Shown: piece after piece, positions 41,707-53,884 of the stretch | Layout: each line of letters begins with the position of its first letter | How positions within the stretch are numbered: the stretch's first letter is position 1 | Source of the DNA: an uncultured delta proteobacterium | Lineage (GTDB): Bacteria; Desulfobacterota; Desulfomonilia; UBA1062 | NCBI GenBank assembly: GCA_963785235.1 | Contig: CAWAUM010000005.1 | Location: 96,001-160,000, forward strand | Direction: 5' to 3' | Length of the DNA: 64,000 nt | The notes under the pieces: model-generated | Databases searched by the model: none | Seen by the model: only the letters and a program-made list of their open reading frames with translations | What the model was told of the DNA's origin: nothing | Position numbers and translations under genes: made by a program

Positions 41707-43471
41707 TCATCCTTCTAAAAAAAATGAGATGATGTTCCTGATATCCTTTTTGCTCAAACCTTTAATGCCTTGAAGGTCTGCAGGCGTGATCCGCGAAAGG
41801 TCAGCCAGATGAGATGTGTGCATAAGCAAATATCCGGCCTTTTTCGGTCCGATACCCCGGATACTTTCAAACGCTGAAGTAAATCTGCTTGGAGCGCAGT
41901 TGCCGGTGGTATTTGACGGCAAAGCGGTGCGCCTCATCCCTGAGCCGCTGCAGTGTCCGCAGCCCCACGCTCCGCTCGGGCAGATGGATGGCATCCTTTC
42001 TGCCTGGAAGGAAGAACCGGTCATTCTTTGAACCGTGGGCCTTTGCTATGGAGACAACCGGTATTTTAGGCACACCAAGGTCTTCGAGCACCTTCAGAAA
42101 CACGCCCAGCTGGCCTTTGCCGCCGTCTATCACGATGAGGTCGGGCCGGGTTTCATCATGGTTAAGCCTGCGCTCAAAGACCTCCTTCAGCATGGCGAAG
42201 TCGTCCTGACCGGCAATTGTGCGGATGCGGTAGTGGCGGTACAGGGTTTTGTCCGGCTCACCATCCATGAACACAACGCGTGAGCCTGTCCCCGATCCTC
42301 CCTGGAGATTGGATATGTCATAGCACTCCATCCGGTAGGGGATGGAGCCCAGGTGAAATGCCTTGGCGATCTCTTCAAGTGCCGAGGAGTCCGAGCCTCG
42401 TGCGTGGGTGCGTGCGTTATCCTGTGCCATGGCCATCCACTGCAGAGGTTTTCCCCTGGAAGGCTTTGTTATCTTCACCAGGCTGCCTTTGAGTGTGCCC
42501 AGCACCTCTTGAAGCATGCGTTTGTCCCGGGGCAGGGTATCGGTAAGGATCTGTCCGGGGATCTCACTACCCGCCAGGTAGAACTGGAGCATGATGGTGG
42601 TCATGAGGTCTTCGGCGGCCGCCTCTTTTACCAGGATATTGCGGCTGTCCGTGAGTGTGCCCCGGGCGATCTGCAGCACTGCAACCTGGACATGGTTACG
42701 TGAACGGAATGTGGCGAAAACATTCGTGTCGCCGCGTCCCTGGCCTACTATCACCTGGGGAACAAGGGTTATGCGGATGGCCTCGATCTGGTCCCTTATC
42801 CTGGCTGCCTTTTCAAAGTTGAGTGCTTCGGATTCCTTGAGCATGCGTCCCTGCAGGAGCTTTTCCAGTTCCTTGTCCCTGCCCTCGAGGAAGGCCAACA
42901 GGTCTTTTACCGCCTGGTCATATTCTTTTTTCACAGTCTTGTAGACGCACGGCGCCAGGCACAGGCCGATAGAGTGATAGATGCACGGCCTGGTGCGGTT
43001 GGCGAATTCCGTGTCCTTGCAGCGTCTGATGGGGAAGATGCGGCCGATGGCTGACAGGGTGTTGCGGGTGGCCTGGGCCGAGGAGTAGGGGCCGAAGTAG
43101 CGTGATCCGTCCGAGGTCACCTTGCGGGTTATGGATATGGAGGGCCACTCCACATGGGTTGTTACTTTGATGCGGACATAGGTTTTGTCGTCTTTGAGGT
43201 CGATGTTGTACCTGGGCTTGTGTGCCTTGATGAGCTGGTTTTCCAGCAGCAGGGCCTCGGCCTCGTTCTTGGTGAGGATATAGTCCACGTGTTGCGTAGT
43301 ATCCACGATGCGGCCGACCTGGAGCCGGTCGTCCCCCTTGAGGTATGACCGCACACGGGTCCTTAAATCTTTTGCCTTGCCGATGTAGATGATCTTGCTG
43401 GAAGGGTCCCTGAGTATGTACACGCCCGTGGCCCTGGGCAAACTCTTGATAAGTTCCTCTGTCAGCGCCAT
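41707..43471 (-). CDS. uvrC: Excinuclease ABC subunit C (frameshift ~41880 before the HhH tail)
   Basis: GVY-YIGKA (GIY-YIG), FEKAARIRD (UVR), ECYDIS, IDGGKGQ, RDEAHRFA; GIGPK in the next frame. Confidence 0.93.
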
Positions 43472-43531
43472 GGCTGTCGATGATAGCATGTTCACCCCAT
43501 GCAGGCAAAGCCGGCTTGCATGAATTCATAA

Positions 43532-43574
43532 ACCCCCTCTCCCCGAGCGGGAGAGGGTCCGTGGAGAGGGGGGT
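43532..43574. repeat. GC-rich REP-like palindrome
   Basis: CCCTCTCCC-gagc-GGGAGAGGG followed by GGAGAGGGGG. Confidence 0.55.
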
Positions 43575-43670
43575 ATCATGATATTTAATAGACAATGATA
43601 TTTTTCATGGAATATGATTCAATACAGCGAGATATAACAGTCATAATACTTTGAGAATAGTGGTGCAGTC

Positions 43671-44249
43671 ATGAAAGTTATTTACGGTCTCGGCAATCCG
43701 GGCAGGAGCTATGAGCTGACCCGGCACAACGTGGGCTTCATGGTGGTGGACCACCTTACCAAGAAGTGGGGCATCCCCATGAAGAAGAAAAAGGCGGATG
43801 TCATCTACGGCACAGGCAAGGTGGCAGGCATAGAGGCCATGCTCTGCCAGCCACAGACCTTCATGAACTTGAGCGGAGCGCCGCTGAATCCCCTTTACGT
43901 CAAGTCGGAAGACCTCATTGTGATCCACGACGATATGGACATCCCGTTAGGCCAGGTGCGCGTGAAAACAGGGGGCGGCACCGGGGGCCACAAGGGGCTC
44001 ATTTCCATAAAGGGGGCGCTTTCTACCGGTGAGTTCCTCCGCATCCGCTTCGGCATAGGCAGGCCGCCTTCAGAATGGGACCCCAGCGACTACGTCCTGG
44101 GCAGGTTTGCGAAAGAGGACCACGACACGGTACAGGAGCAGATCATCAAGGCAGCCGAGGCGGTGGAGCTGTGCCTCAAGGGCGAGGTGACAAGGGCCAT
44201 GAACACCTTCAACAAGCGCCTGGGCGTGGGCGCGGAAGAAAAAGAATAG
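43671..44249 (+). CDS. pth: Peptidyl-tRNA hydrolase
   Basis: GLGNPG, TRHNVG, TFMNLSG, HDDMD, GGHKG, GIGRP. Confidence 0.96.
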   Translation: MKVIYGLGNPGRSYELTRHNVGFMVVDHLTKKWGIPMKKKKADVIYGTGKVAGIEAMLCQPQTFMNLSGAPLNPLYVKSEDLIVIHDDMDIPLGQVRVKTGGGTGGHKGLISIKGALSTGEFLRIRFGIGRPPSEWDPSDYVLGRFAKEDHDTVQEQIIKAAEAVELCLKGEVTRAMNTFNKRLGVGAEEKE

Positions 44250-44348
44250 CATCAAAATTTATGAAGGTACTTGCCTGGGCAAAGGCATGGATTATTCTAT
44301 TATGCACTACAATCGCTTGTCCCTGCTTTGAAAGGAGAGCTTGATACT

Positions 44349-44744
44349 ATGAGAAATCTCTTTTACCTCCATGTCTTCTTCATGGCCGCAACGTTCATCA
44401 TCGTCATCTCTGCCGCCACCATCGCCCACAGGAAGAAACAGGGCTGGTTCATGCTGCACCGCAAGGTGGCACTTACAGGGGTGGTGACCGTCCTGGCCGG
44501 CTTTGCTGCAGAGTTCACCTTTAAGGCTGTCTTGCATTACCCGCATTTCCAGTCCCCCCATGCCATAGGAGGATTGATCACTTTGGCCTTGCTGATAATT
44601 ACCCCGGCAGCCGGTTTGCTGATTGCAAAAAATCCTGAAAAGATCAGGCCGATCCACATTACCCTTGGAAAGATCGCCTCTGTTGCCGTCATTGCTACCG
44701 CACTCATGGGGGTAGTTCGCTTTATCGAGATCTCCAGTAATTAA
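44349..44744 (+). CDS. Four-TM membrane protein with conserved His (cytochrome b561-like)
   Basis: LH, LHR, PHA, IH motifs on four hydrophobic helices. Confidence 0.6.
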   Translation: MRNLFYLHVFFMAATFIIVISAATIAHRKKQGWFMLHRKVALTGVVTVLAGFAAEFTFKAVLHYPHFQSPHAIGGLITLALLIITPAAGLLIAKNPEKIRPIHITLGKIASVAVIATALMGVVRFIEISSN

Positions 44745-44757
44745 TTGAAAAAAACCA

Positions 44758-46908
44758 TCACCCCAGTATCCCGGTCTCGGTTGAAGTCGCGCTGGCTGCG
44801 GGCATATAGAAGCGCTCCGCATAGTCCTTGACCATGCGGTCTGCAATGAAGCGCCAGCCAAGGGTCTGCATGGCGTGCTTCATGCGTTTGACCCACTGGG
44901 AGGGGATGCCGTGGATGTCCCGCTGGTAGTAGAGCGGGATCACTTCCTTTTCAAGTGTCTCATAGAGATATCCGGCATCCCTTGTATTCTGTACGGCCAG
45001 GTCGTTGTGCATGCCTCCGTGGCCGATGGCAAAACCGTTTTTGCCGTCGTACGCCTCGTTCCACCACCCGTCCAGCACCGACAGGTTGAGGCCGCCGTTC
45101 AGGACGATCTTCTCCCCGCTGGTGCCGCATGCCTCAAGCGGTCTGCGCGGGGTGTTCAGCCACACATCCACCCCCTGTACCAGGTGGCGTGCAACGTTGT
45201 AGTCATAGTTCTCCACGAACACGATGCTGCTCCTGTAGTTTTTGGTGTAGCTGAGCTGGGCGATCTTCTGCAGGAGCAGTTTGCCCTCGTTATCCATGGG
45301 GTGGGCCTTGCCTGCGAAGATGATCTGGATGGGGCGGCGGGAGTCATTGATCAACTTGGTAAGGCGCTCCATGTCCGAGAGGATCAGGTCTCCGCGTTTA
45401 TAGGTGGCAAACCTGCGTGCGCAGCCTATGGTCAGCACATCCGGATCCAGGATGTGTTCGACCTGTTTGGCCATATCAAGGTCTCCTCTGCGCTCGGCCT
45501 GTTTGAGTAAGCGACGCCTTACAAAACGGATGAGCCGCATCTTCAGGCTCTGATGAGTCTCCCACAGCTCCCCGTCTTCGATGTCTTCCACACTCTCCCA
45601 GATATCCGGGTGCACCATGCGCGTGGCCCAGTCCTGGCCGAGGCGCGTCTGGAACAGCTGGTACATCTGGGGAGCCAGCCAGGACAAGACATGCACCCCG
45701 TTGGTGATGTGGCCGATAGGCACCTCCGCCTCTGGCCGCTCCGGCCAGAGGCTGTTCCACATGAGGCGGCTCACTGTCCCGTGGATGGCCGAGACACCGT
45801 TTGCATGACGGCAGCTCTTCAGGGCCAGCACGGTCATGCAGAAGGTTTCAGTCTTATTGCCGGGATCGACGCGGCCAAGGGCCATGAAATCATCATGGGA
45901 CAGCCCCAGCCTCTCCCGGAAGAGGCCGAGGTGCTCTTCAATCAGCTCAGGCGAGAAGCGGTCATGGCCTGCAGCAACAGGGGTATGCGTGGTAAAGACG
46001 GTATACAGAGACACACGCCGGTGTGCGCGCTTGAATGGGATCTGGTCATACTCCATGATCCGGCGCACCTCTTCAAGGATGGCAAAGGAGCTGTGTCCTT
46101 CATTCAGGTGGAGCACACCGGGGAAGATGTTCAGACCCTGAAGGATGCGGGCACCACCGATACCCAGCAGAAGTTCCTGCCGGATACGCAGTTTATTGTC
46201 GCCGCCATAGAGACGGCGAGGTCAATTCCCGGTCTTCGGTGGAATTGCCTTCTATGTTGGAGTCAAGGAGCATCAGTCGGATGCGTCCCACCTGAATCTG
46301 CCAGACGCGGGCCAGCAGGGGTGTACTCCTGGTATCCACCCGTACGATCAATGGCTGCCCGATGGAGTCCATGACCGGCTGCAATGGAAGCTTGGCTAAC
46401 ATCGAGGTTGACATACTCTTCTTCCTGCCACCCTTCCTTGTTCAGACGCTGGGTGAAATAGCCCTGCTGGTAGAGAAGCCCGATCCCGATCAGGGGGATC
46501 CCCAGGTCAGAGGCGCTTTTCAGATGGTCACCCGCCAGGATGCCCAGGCCCCCGGAATAGATCTGCAGGGATTCATGCAGGCCGAATTCGGCAGAGAAAT
46601 AGACCACCGGCCGGTTGTTCAGATTGCCGCAGTGAATGGCGCCCCAGGTCTTCTGCAGCTCGATATATTCATTGAGCCTGCCTGAATGCATAGTTTATAC
46701 GGCTGTGGAGCACCAGTTCAGAGGCGCGTTCCTCGACCTGAGCAGGGGTGATCTGATTCATGAAGGCAACCGGGTTATGTTCGACCTGTCGCCAGATATG
46801 GGGGTCCAGGTCGGTGAAGATGCTTATGACCTCTGGATGCCATGTCCACCAGAGGTTATCGGCCAGTGCCCGGAGACGTTTATGAAGATTGATGTTCATG
46901 TCTGTCAT
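44758..46908 (-). CDS. glgP: Alpha-glucan (glycogen/starch) phosphorylase (three apparent frameshifts, ~46680, ~46400, ~46200)
   Basis: [53 protein letters not shown]. Confidence 0.92.
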
Positions 46909-47064
46909 AGGTAAACCCCTCAAAAGTTTAGTGTGTAGAGAATCTGCCAAGACAATTGTAAAACCATAGGTAATATTTATCATTAATATTCTATTACAGG
47001 AAACGGTAAAATATAATATATTCAGTATTCATCACCGCCAAAGAGTGTGATAATAAATGCTTCC

Positions 47065-47292
47065 ATGATTGAAAAAATCCCTTTCATGCACCGGGGCAAG
47101 ACGTATAACATCATCGTAGAGGACGACATCTCTTTTGCGGCCCTGCATTCCATCCTGGACGACCTCATGAGGCAGGGTGCATTCCCGGCAGAGGAAGGAT
47201 GTGCAGAACTTTATCAAGTGACCCACGAAGAGTTGTGTTACACGATCGGTATTGACGGCATTGATGTCATTATCTCGGTGAGCGCGATGTGA
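47065..47292 (+). CDS. Small acidic hypothetical protein
   Basis: 75-aa ORF at the head of the apparent operon leading to nadCAB. Confidence 0.55.
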   Translation: MIEKIPFMHRGKTYNIIVEDDISFAALHSILDDLMRQGAFPAEEGCAELYQVTHEELCYTIGIDGIDVIISVSAM

Positions 47293-47295
47293 TCC

Positions 47296-48097
47296 ATGGT
47301 CGATACCCACCTGTGCCAGCCTGATGCCACAAAATCATGCGCTGCCTGCTGCGGAATCTATAATTACGTGGACAACACCAGGGACTCCCTGGAAAAACGC
47401 TTTGAATCCCGCACGCAACTTTTCTCCAGGGTAAGGGAAAACACGCTTCCCATAGAAGACTATCAGGCCATTATCCGTCACAAGGAGAACCCCAAGCGCA
47501 TCTATGCCACCATCTATACCTGCGAGTTCGTGGGTTTTCTGGATGATGGCTTCAAACGGGTAGGGTGCATGCTCCATCCTCTGATGAATCACGGGGAAGA
47601 CCTGCGAGTGATAAGTTTTTACGGTAGGGATATCTGTGAAGGCCACTTCTGCCCCAGCTACCAGAAGCTCGATGCACATGAGGCGCACATCCTCCTGGCA
47701 GCCCTTGATGACTGGTACCTCTACGGCAGCGCCATTACGGATATCGACTTTGTGAAAAGCTTTTTCAAAATCATCCAGGACCGTCTTGGCGAGACACTGG
47801 ACGTGAAGAAAGGTCCGGTCCACACCTGCACTCCTTGACATTATCAGACGCTATTGCGGCCTGAAGGTATCCTGGCCGTTTCGGGATACTCTCAGGCCCC
47901 GGTTCGGAAAGTATTACTTCGTGGGTGAGGAGTATGATATTGCCCGCATCGACTATGCATCGCTTTCTGCCCCTGTCTCTGTCTATGACGCCATCTTTGT
48001 GAGCCTGTCCTCCCGGTTTAAAAGCAAGGTTGAGCTGGACAAGGCCGCACGGATGATAGATGCTCTCATGGAGGAGTTCTGCCTTGGATACAGCTGA
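47296..48097 (+). CDS. Cys-rich hypothetical protein, possible Fe-S/Zn binder (frameshift ~47810)
   Basis: C..CAACCG, CEF, GCMLHP, CEGHFCP; a second frame stays open to TGA 48095-97, just before nadC. Confidence 0.65.
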
Positions 48098-48101
48098 GCT
48101 G

Positions 48102-48915
48102 ATGGATGATATCATTCAACTGGCGCTGGATGAGGATGGAAGGGACATCACCACCGAGGCCATCTTCTCCGAGGAAAACTCTCTGCAGGCCGTCATGAAG
48201 GCAAAGGCGGACGGCATCATAGCGGGCGTACAGGTGGCCGGAAGGGTCTTTACCCTGGTAGACCCCGGCATTACCTGCAAATTCGAGGTGCACGACGGAC
48301 AATCCGTGGTTGCAGGCGCTACGATCGCTGTTATCACAGGCCCTGCAAGGGGCATACTCAAGGCGGAACGGGTGGCGCTCAATTTTTTGCAGCGCATGAG
48401 CGGCATTGCCACCAGAACTGCAGTATATGTGAAAAGGCTTGAGGGCACCAAGGCCCGCATCCTGGACACCCGCAAGACCTCACCGGGACAGCGCGTGCTC
48501 GATAAGATGGCCGTGCGGCTCGGAGGCGGAAACAATCACCGCATGGGGCTCTTTGACATGGCGCTCATCAAGGACAACCACATCGATGCGAGCAGGGTCC
48601 ATTACAGAGGCGGTGAACAGGGTCAGAAAGGCTTCCCCCGGTGTTGCCATTGAGGTGGAGGCCAGGAATCTTGATGACGTGAGGACTCTGCTGGGACTGG
48701 ATGTTGACAGGATCATGCTGGATAACTTTTCCATCAAAGACATGGAACAGGCAGTTTATCTTGTACATGGCCGCATCCCGCTGGAGGCCTCGGGAGGCAT
48801 AACGCTGGAGACCATCCGGGCAGTGGCCCTGACCGGGGTGGATTATATCTCAGTGGGCGAGATCACCCACTCGGTCAAGGCCCTTGATATATCCATGATC
48901 ATCGAGGTGGAATAA
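48102..48915 (+). CDS. nadC: Quinolinate phosphoribosyltransferase (frameshift ~48590)
   Basis: ERVALN, DTRKT, HRMGL, IKDNH; then EVE, MLDN, EASGG, ISVG. Confidence 0.93.
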
Positions 48916-49949
48916 TGACGGACCAAGAGGCTCGCGATATCATAATCAAGGTGAAACAGGACCTGGGCAGCAGGCTCGTCATCCTGGGCCACCACTACCA
49001 GAAAGACGAGATCATCGCGTTCGCTGATTATGTGGGGGACTCTCTGGAGCTTGCCAGGAAGGCCTCGCAGATTGAAGCAGCCGAGTACATCATGCTCTGC
49101 GGGGTGTACTTCATGGCCGAAACGGCTGCCATCCTGGCGCCTGCGAAATCCGTGTTTATCCCGGAAAGGGCGGCAGGCTGCCCCCTGGCTGACATGGCGA
49201 AGATGGATGATGTGAACACTGCCTGGGATGTCATCACGCGTATAATTCCCGAAGTGATACCCGTCACCTATGTAAATTCCTCGGCCGAGCTCAAGGCCTT
49301 TTGCGGCAGGAACGAAGGTGCGGTCTGCACCTCGGCCAATGCAAAAAAGGTTGTGACCTGGGCCCTGGAAAAAGGCACAAAAGTGCTTTTCATGCCTGAT
49401 ATGAATCTTGGCAGGAACACGGCCCGGACGATGGGTATCCTCGATGAAGAGATAGCAACCTGGGACCCTGATCTGCCGGGTGGGGGGCTCCAGACAGCCG
49501 AGGTAATAAGGGCGCGGATGATCCTGTGGAAGGGCTGGTGCCCGGTGCATTGCCCGGTGTTCACCGTGACGGATGTGGAAAGGGTGCGTGCACTTTACCC
49601 CGGCATCTCCATCATGGTGCACCCGGAGACAGACCCGGCAACGGTCAAGGCGGCCGCGTCATCGGGTTCCACCTCCCAGATGCTTGAATATATTGCATCC
49701 ATGCCCATAGGGGGGCGCCTGGCAATGGGGACCGAGGCAAACATGGTCCTGCGTGCTGCAAAAAAGAATGCCGGCCGTGTTGAGATTATCCCCTTAAAAG
49801 AGGTATACTGTGACGATATGGCCAAGATTACGCTTTCAAAACTGGCCGTGTCATTGACGGGCATGACGAAAGGGCAGGGCAGGGTCGAGCTGCCTGCTGC
49901 CGTCGCGGCAGAGGCCAAAAAGGCACTGGATGCCATGTTGAGGATATAG
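48915..49949 (+). CDS. nadA: Quinolinate synthase
   Basis: GHHYQ, CGVYFMAE, AGCPLA, YVNS, CTSANA, CPVH, HPE, C-terminal Cys. Confidence 0.95.
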   Translation: MTDQEARDIIIKVKQDLGSRLVILGHHYQKDEIIAFADYVGDSLELARKASQIEAAEYIMLCGVYFMAETAAILAPAKSVFIPERAAGCPLADMAKMDDVNTAWDVITRIIPEVIPVTYVNSSAELKAFCGRNEGAVCTSANAKKVVTWALEKGTKVLFMPDMNLGRNTARTMGILDEEIATWDPDLPGGGLQTAEVIRARMILWKGWCPVHCPVFTVTDVERVRALYPGISIMVHPETDPATVKAAASSGSTSQMLEYIASMPIGGRLAMGTEANMVLRAAKKNAGRVEIIPLKEVYCDDMAKITLSKLAVSLTGMTKGQGRVELPAAVAAEAKKALDAMLRI

Positions 49950-49951
49950 CC

Positions 49952-51584
49952 ATGGGCACCAAACGCAAAGAGACCGAATGCCTTGTCATCGGCACGGGTA
50001 TTGCGGGCACAACGTGCGCGCTCATGGCTGCCAAGATGGGTATCAAGGTCTGCCTTATCACCAAGCGTTCCGACATCTATGCCACCAACACCAACCGGGC
50101 CCAGGGGGGCATCGTATACAAGGGCAGCGGCGATTCTCCAAAGTTGCTCGTGGACGACATCATGCGGGCAGGCAGGGATATCAACTCGGTCGAGGCCGTG
50201 GAATTCCTGGCCACCAGGGGGCCCGACGTCGTCAAGGAGATGCTCATCGACGAGCTCAAGGTGGACTTCACCCACCTTACCGGTGCAAGGGACGAGGATT
50301 TCGACCTGACCCGGGAGGGGGCGCACTCGGTCAACCGCATCCTCTACTCGGCAGACAACACCGGAGAGGTCATCGAAAAGGCACTTATCAAGGCGGTGAA
50401 GGCGCACCCCAATGTGGAGATCATCACCGAGGCCACTGCCATCGACCTTATAACCCTCCACCATCACTCTAAGGACATACAGGCATCCTACCAGCTGGAC
50501 AACCGCTGCCTTGGTGCATATGTATTCCGGAACCGGAAGAAGGAAGTCATGGCCATCCTGGCCCAGAACACCGTGCTGGCCACGGGCGGCCTCGGGGACA
50601 TCTACCTGCACACCACCAACGAGAAGGGCACGGTGGGCGACGGCATGGTCATGGCACAGCGCGCAGGAGCCCGCATGATCAACATGGAGTTCATGCAGTT
50701 TCACCCCACCACGCTCTACATTCCAGGGGCAAGGAGGTTCCTCATCTCGGAGGCGGTTCGCGGCGAGGGTGCCACGGCTCAAAAATCTTCGAGGCGAATA
50801 TTTCATGGAGCGCTACAATCCCGAGCTCAAGGACCTGGCTCCCAGGGACGAGGTGGCCCGCGCCATCTGGGAGGAGATGCTCCACAATTCCGAGGACCAT
50901 GTCCTGCTTGATGTTGCAAATTATGTCCATGAGGATATTCCAACCCGGTTCCCGACCATCTATGCCACCTGCAAAGAAGCAGGTATTGACATCACCAGGG
51001 AGCCTGTGCCCGTAGTACCTGCAGCCCATTATTTCTGCGGAGGGGCGCACGTGGACATACGGGGCCGGACATCCCTGAAGGGACTCCACGCAGTGGGAGA
51101 GGTCTCCTGCACCGGGCTCCACGGCGCCAACCGGCTTGCCTCCACCTCGCTGCTCGAGGGCCTCACCTGGGGATACTATGCGGCCATCGATATCACGGAG
51201 CGGATCAATGCAGGCAAGACCGTGAGTCCGTCCGTGCTCGGCTCGGCCCGTGACTGGATCCCTGCGGGCAACATTGAAAATGAAGATCCGGCTCTCATCG
51301 CCCAGGACTGGATGGCCATCAAGAACACCATGTGGAATTATGTGGGCATTGTACGGACACCGCCCAGGCTTAAGCGCGCCATTGAAGACATGCGGCACAT
51401 GTACCTGAGGATCGAGGAGTTCTACAAGGAGACCCCGGTATCCAAAGACATCATCAGCCTGTTCCAGGGCACCCAGTCGGCCATCATGGTGGCAGAGGCC
51501 GCCTTAAGAAACCGCACCTCCATCGGGTGCCATTACATAGCACCCTCGCGGGGATTGGAAGGCAATTTTCCGGCGATCAGGTAG
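49952..51584 (+). CDS. nadB: L-aspartate oxidase (frameshift ~50770)
   Basis: GTGIAG, AQGG, REGAHS, QFHPT, SEAVRGEG; then LAPRD, AHYFCGG, HGANRLASTSL. Confidence 0.93.
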
Positions 51585-51687
51585 TGTCAAAGGTAGACAT
51601 GGGCGATCCTGGCTCTGTAATAACCATTGGCATTGGCATATTATCATGCTCCGGCTGCATAGCGTGTTTCAACCTTAGACATTCAGT

Positions 51688-52533
51688 TTACTCCCTCCGG
51701 TGTGCGGTGATAATAGAAGCTATTATTACCGCCAGTACAATTATTCCGCCCCCTATAAGTGCATGAGAGCCCGGGGCTTCCCCTATTGCAAAGAACACCC
51801 ATACGGGATTAAATACTGGCTCGATGACTGCTATGAGATTTGCTTGAACCGCAGAAACGCGTTTGATCGCAATGGAAAATAAAATCGCCGACAGGCCGAT
51901 CTGAACAACTCCCAGCACCGCGATGGCGCCAATCGATTTCATTGTTATACACGGCAATGGAAGAAAAATCGATATGATGAAACAGACCCCTGCCGTAAGC
52001 CAATGGGAGAGAAGGATCGATTCAAGCGGGGATTCGTCTTTCTGCATACGCATGAACACAAAATAGAAACTGAAGGTTATGGCCGACATGATCGCAAGGA
52101 CATTACCGAACAGTTTTCCCCCGCCGAGTTTGTCAAAAAACATGAAGACCATACCTGCCACAACCAGAGGGATTGCCGCGTAATGCTCCGCATGTGTTTT
52201 CTCCCTCAGTAAGATGGCACCGATAAAGGCAGTGAACACCGGGGCGCAATATTGAAGCAGAATCGCGTTGGCCGCAGTTGTAGTTTTATTGGCGGATACA
52301 AAAAGGAGCATGGTCACCGCATTGGCTACAGCAGCGGCAATCTGTGGGAATGAAAGATGAATCCTGGGATGCCTTAAATAGATGTAAATGACGATCGATG
52401 CAATGAAGCTGCGCATGCCTGCTATTGCAATGGGGTTCCAATCCATTATCTTGATAAACAGACCCGCACTGCTCCAGAGAAATGCCGTAACGGCCATTGC
52501 CAGAATGCCCATACTTTTATATGAATTCACCAT
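51688..52533 (-). CDS. EamA/DMT-family transporter
   Basis: About ten TM segments in two repeats; NAILLQY, IEPVFNPVW. Confidence 0.88.
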   Translation of the reverse strand: MVNSYKSMGILAMAVTAFLWSSAGLFIKIMDWNPIAIAGMRSFIASIVIYIYLRHPRIHLSFPQIAAAVANAVTMLLFVSANKTTTAANAILLQYCAPVFTAFIGAILLREKTHAEHYAAIPLVVAGMVFMFFDKLGGGKLFGNVLAIMSAITFSFYFVFMRMQKDESPLESILLSHWLTAGVCFIISIFLPLPCITMKSIGAIAVLGVVQIGLSAILFSIAIKRVSAVQANLIAVIEPVFNPVWVFFAIGEAPGSHALIGGGIIVLAVIIASIITAHRRE

Positions 52534-52772
52534 TCAATATCCCATATGAACCCGGCATTGATGAAGGGCATGAATGCTGTGGCAAGGAGCAGCAGGACAA
52601 ACAGGGCAATAAGAGCGTGATGAACAGGGACGATGGTGTATTCGAGGGCATGCGCATCCGTGCTCAGGAAGGAGATAATGAGCGGGATAAAAGCCGCCTG
52701 TGCCATGCATGTCTTTCTCATCTTGAGCATCCAGCAACTCGATCCGTATGGAATAATCTTCTCAACCATCAC
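52527..52772 (-). CDS. Small hypothetical membrane protein
   Basis: 81-aa ORF with a hydrophobic C-terminal helix, overlapping the DMT start; no recognisable motif. Confidence 0.3.
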   Translation of the reverse strand: MMVEKIIPYGSSCWMLKMRKTCMAQAAFIPLIISFLSTDAHALEYTIVPVHHALIALFVLLLLATAFMPFINAGFIWDIEW

Positions 52773-52879
52773 AGAGCATAAAACCCAAACGGTGTCCCTC
52801 GTTTAAGAGGGTTGCACCTCGGCTCCCCATTGTCCTGTGTCCTGTGCAGTGGATATAAAGAACCAGTTCCCGGCTGGAG

Positions 52880-53872
52880 TTACCTGACGAGACCTTCGGG
52901 CGTGTGCCCCATCAGGATGTCTCTGGCCTGCCGGACCACGGAATCGGAGAGGCGGTCCCCCGCTTCTCTGCTCAAGGCACCCAGGTGGGGAGAGAGGATC
53001 ACATTCTCCATTCCGGTCAGGGGATGACCGGGACTCAGGGGTTCACGGGTGAATACATCCAGTGCGGCCCCCTCGATCCGGCCTTGCTGCAATGCCTCGA
53101 GGAGGGCCTCTTCATCGATCACCCTTCCACGGGACGTGTTCACCAGGATCATGCCAGGTTTCATCATTGCCAGGGCGCGTGAATCGATAAAATTTTCCGT
53201 GTCTTTAGTAAGTGGAATATGGATGGTGACTATGTCCGAACGAGACAACAGCCCGGGCAGATCAACCGTTTTCACTTCCAGGGCGACACACTGCTCAGGA
53301 CTCATGAACGGATCATGCCCGATTATTTCCATGTCAAAGCCCCTGGCGATCCCTGCTACTCTCGATCCGATCTGGCCCAGGCCGATAATGCCAAGGGTCT
53401 TTCTCCATAACTCTCTGCCGGATGCCCATTCGGGCAAAGCCCTTCCTGCCTGTGCCCAATCCCCTGATCTCACCCACAAGTCGGCCTTGTGGATTCGCCT
53501 CAAAAGACAGAGCATCAGGGCGAAGGTCAGCTCGGCAACAGACTGGGCATTCTGGCCCCGGCAGTTGCATACCTGAACGCCGCCTTTCTTCATGGCCCCC
53601 ACATCGATGTGGTCGTACCCGGCCCCATAGGCGATCACCCCCTTCAGGGCAGGCGCTGCCCTCAAAACCGCATCATTCACCGGAACATACTCGGAGACGA
53701 TGAACTGGACCGATGATGATCCCCGGATCTTGTCCGAGAGGTCTTCGGCATTCTTCGCGTCGGCAAAGGCATAGCCCCCCAGGCCGGAGAGTTCGGCAAG
53801 GGCCTTTTCAGACATGTAGAACCGGTCGGCAAAGACGACCGCAGCGGAAGATACACTATGAGCGTTCATCAC
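52880..53872 (-). CDS. D-isomer-specific 2-hydroxyacid dehydrogenase (hydroxypyruvate reductase/SerA-like)
   Basis: GAGYD, SVAE, GLGQIG, NTSRG, ALDV, EP, SPHLG. Confidence 0.9.
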   Translation of the reverse strand: MMNAHSVSSAAVVFADRFYMSEKALAELSGLGGYAFADAKNAEDLSDKIRGSSSVQFIVSEYVPVNDAVLRAAPALKGVIAYGAGYDHIDVGAMKKGGVQVCNCRGQNAQSVAELTFALMLCLLRRIHKADLWVRSGDWAQAGRALPEWASGRELWRKTLGIIGLGQIGSRVAGIARGFDMEIIGHDPFMSPEQCVALEVKTVDLPGLLSRSDIVTIHIPLTKDTENFIDSRALAMMKPGMILVNTSRGRVIDEEALLEALQQGRIEGAALDVFTREPLSPGHPLTGMENVILSPHLGALSREAGDRLSDSVVRQARDILMGHTPEGLVR

Positions 53873-53884
53873 TGGACTGAGAGC

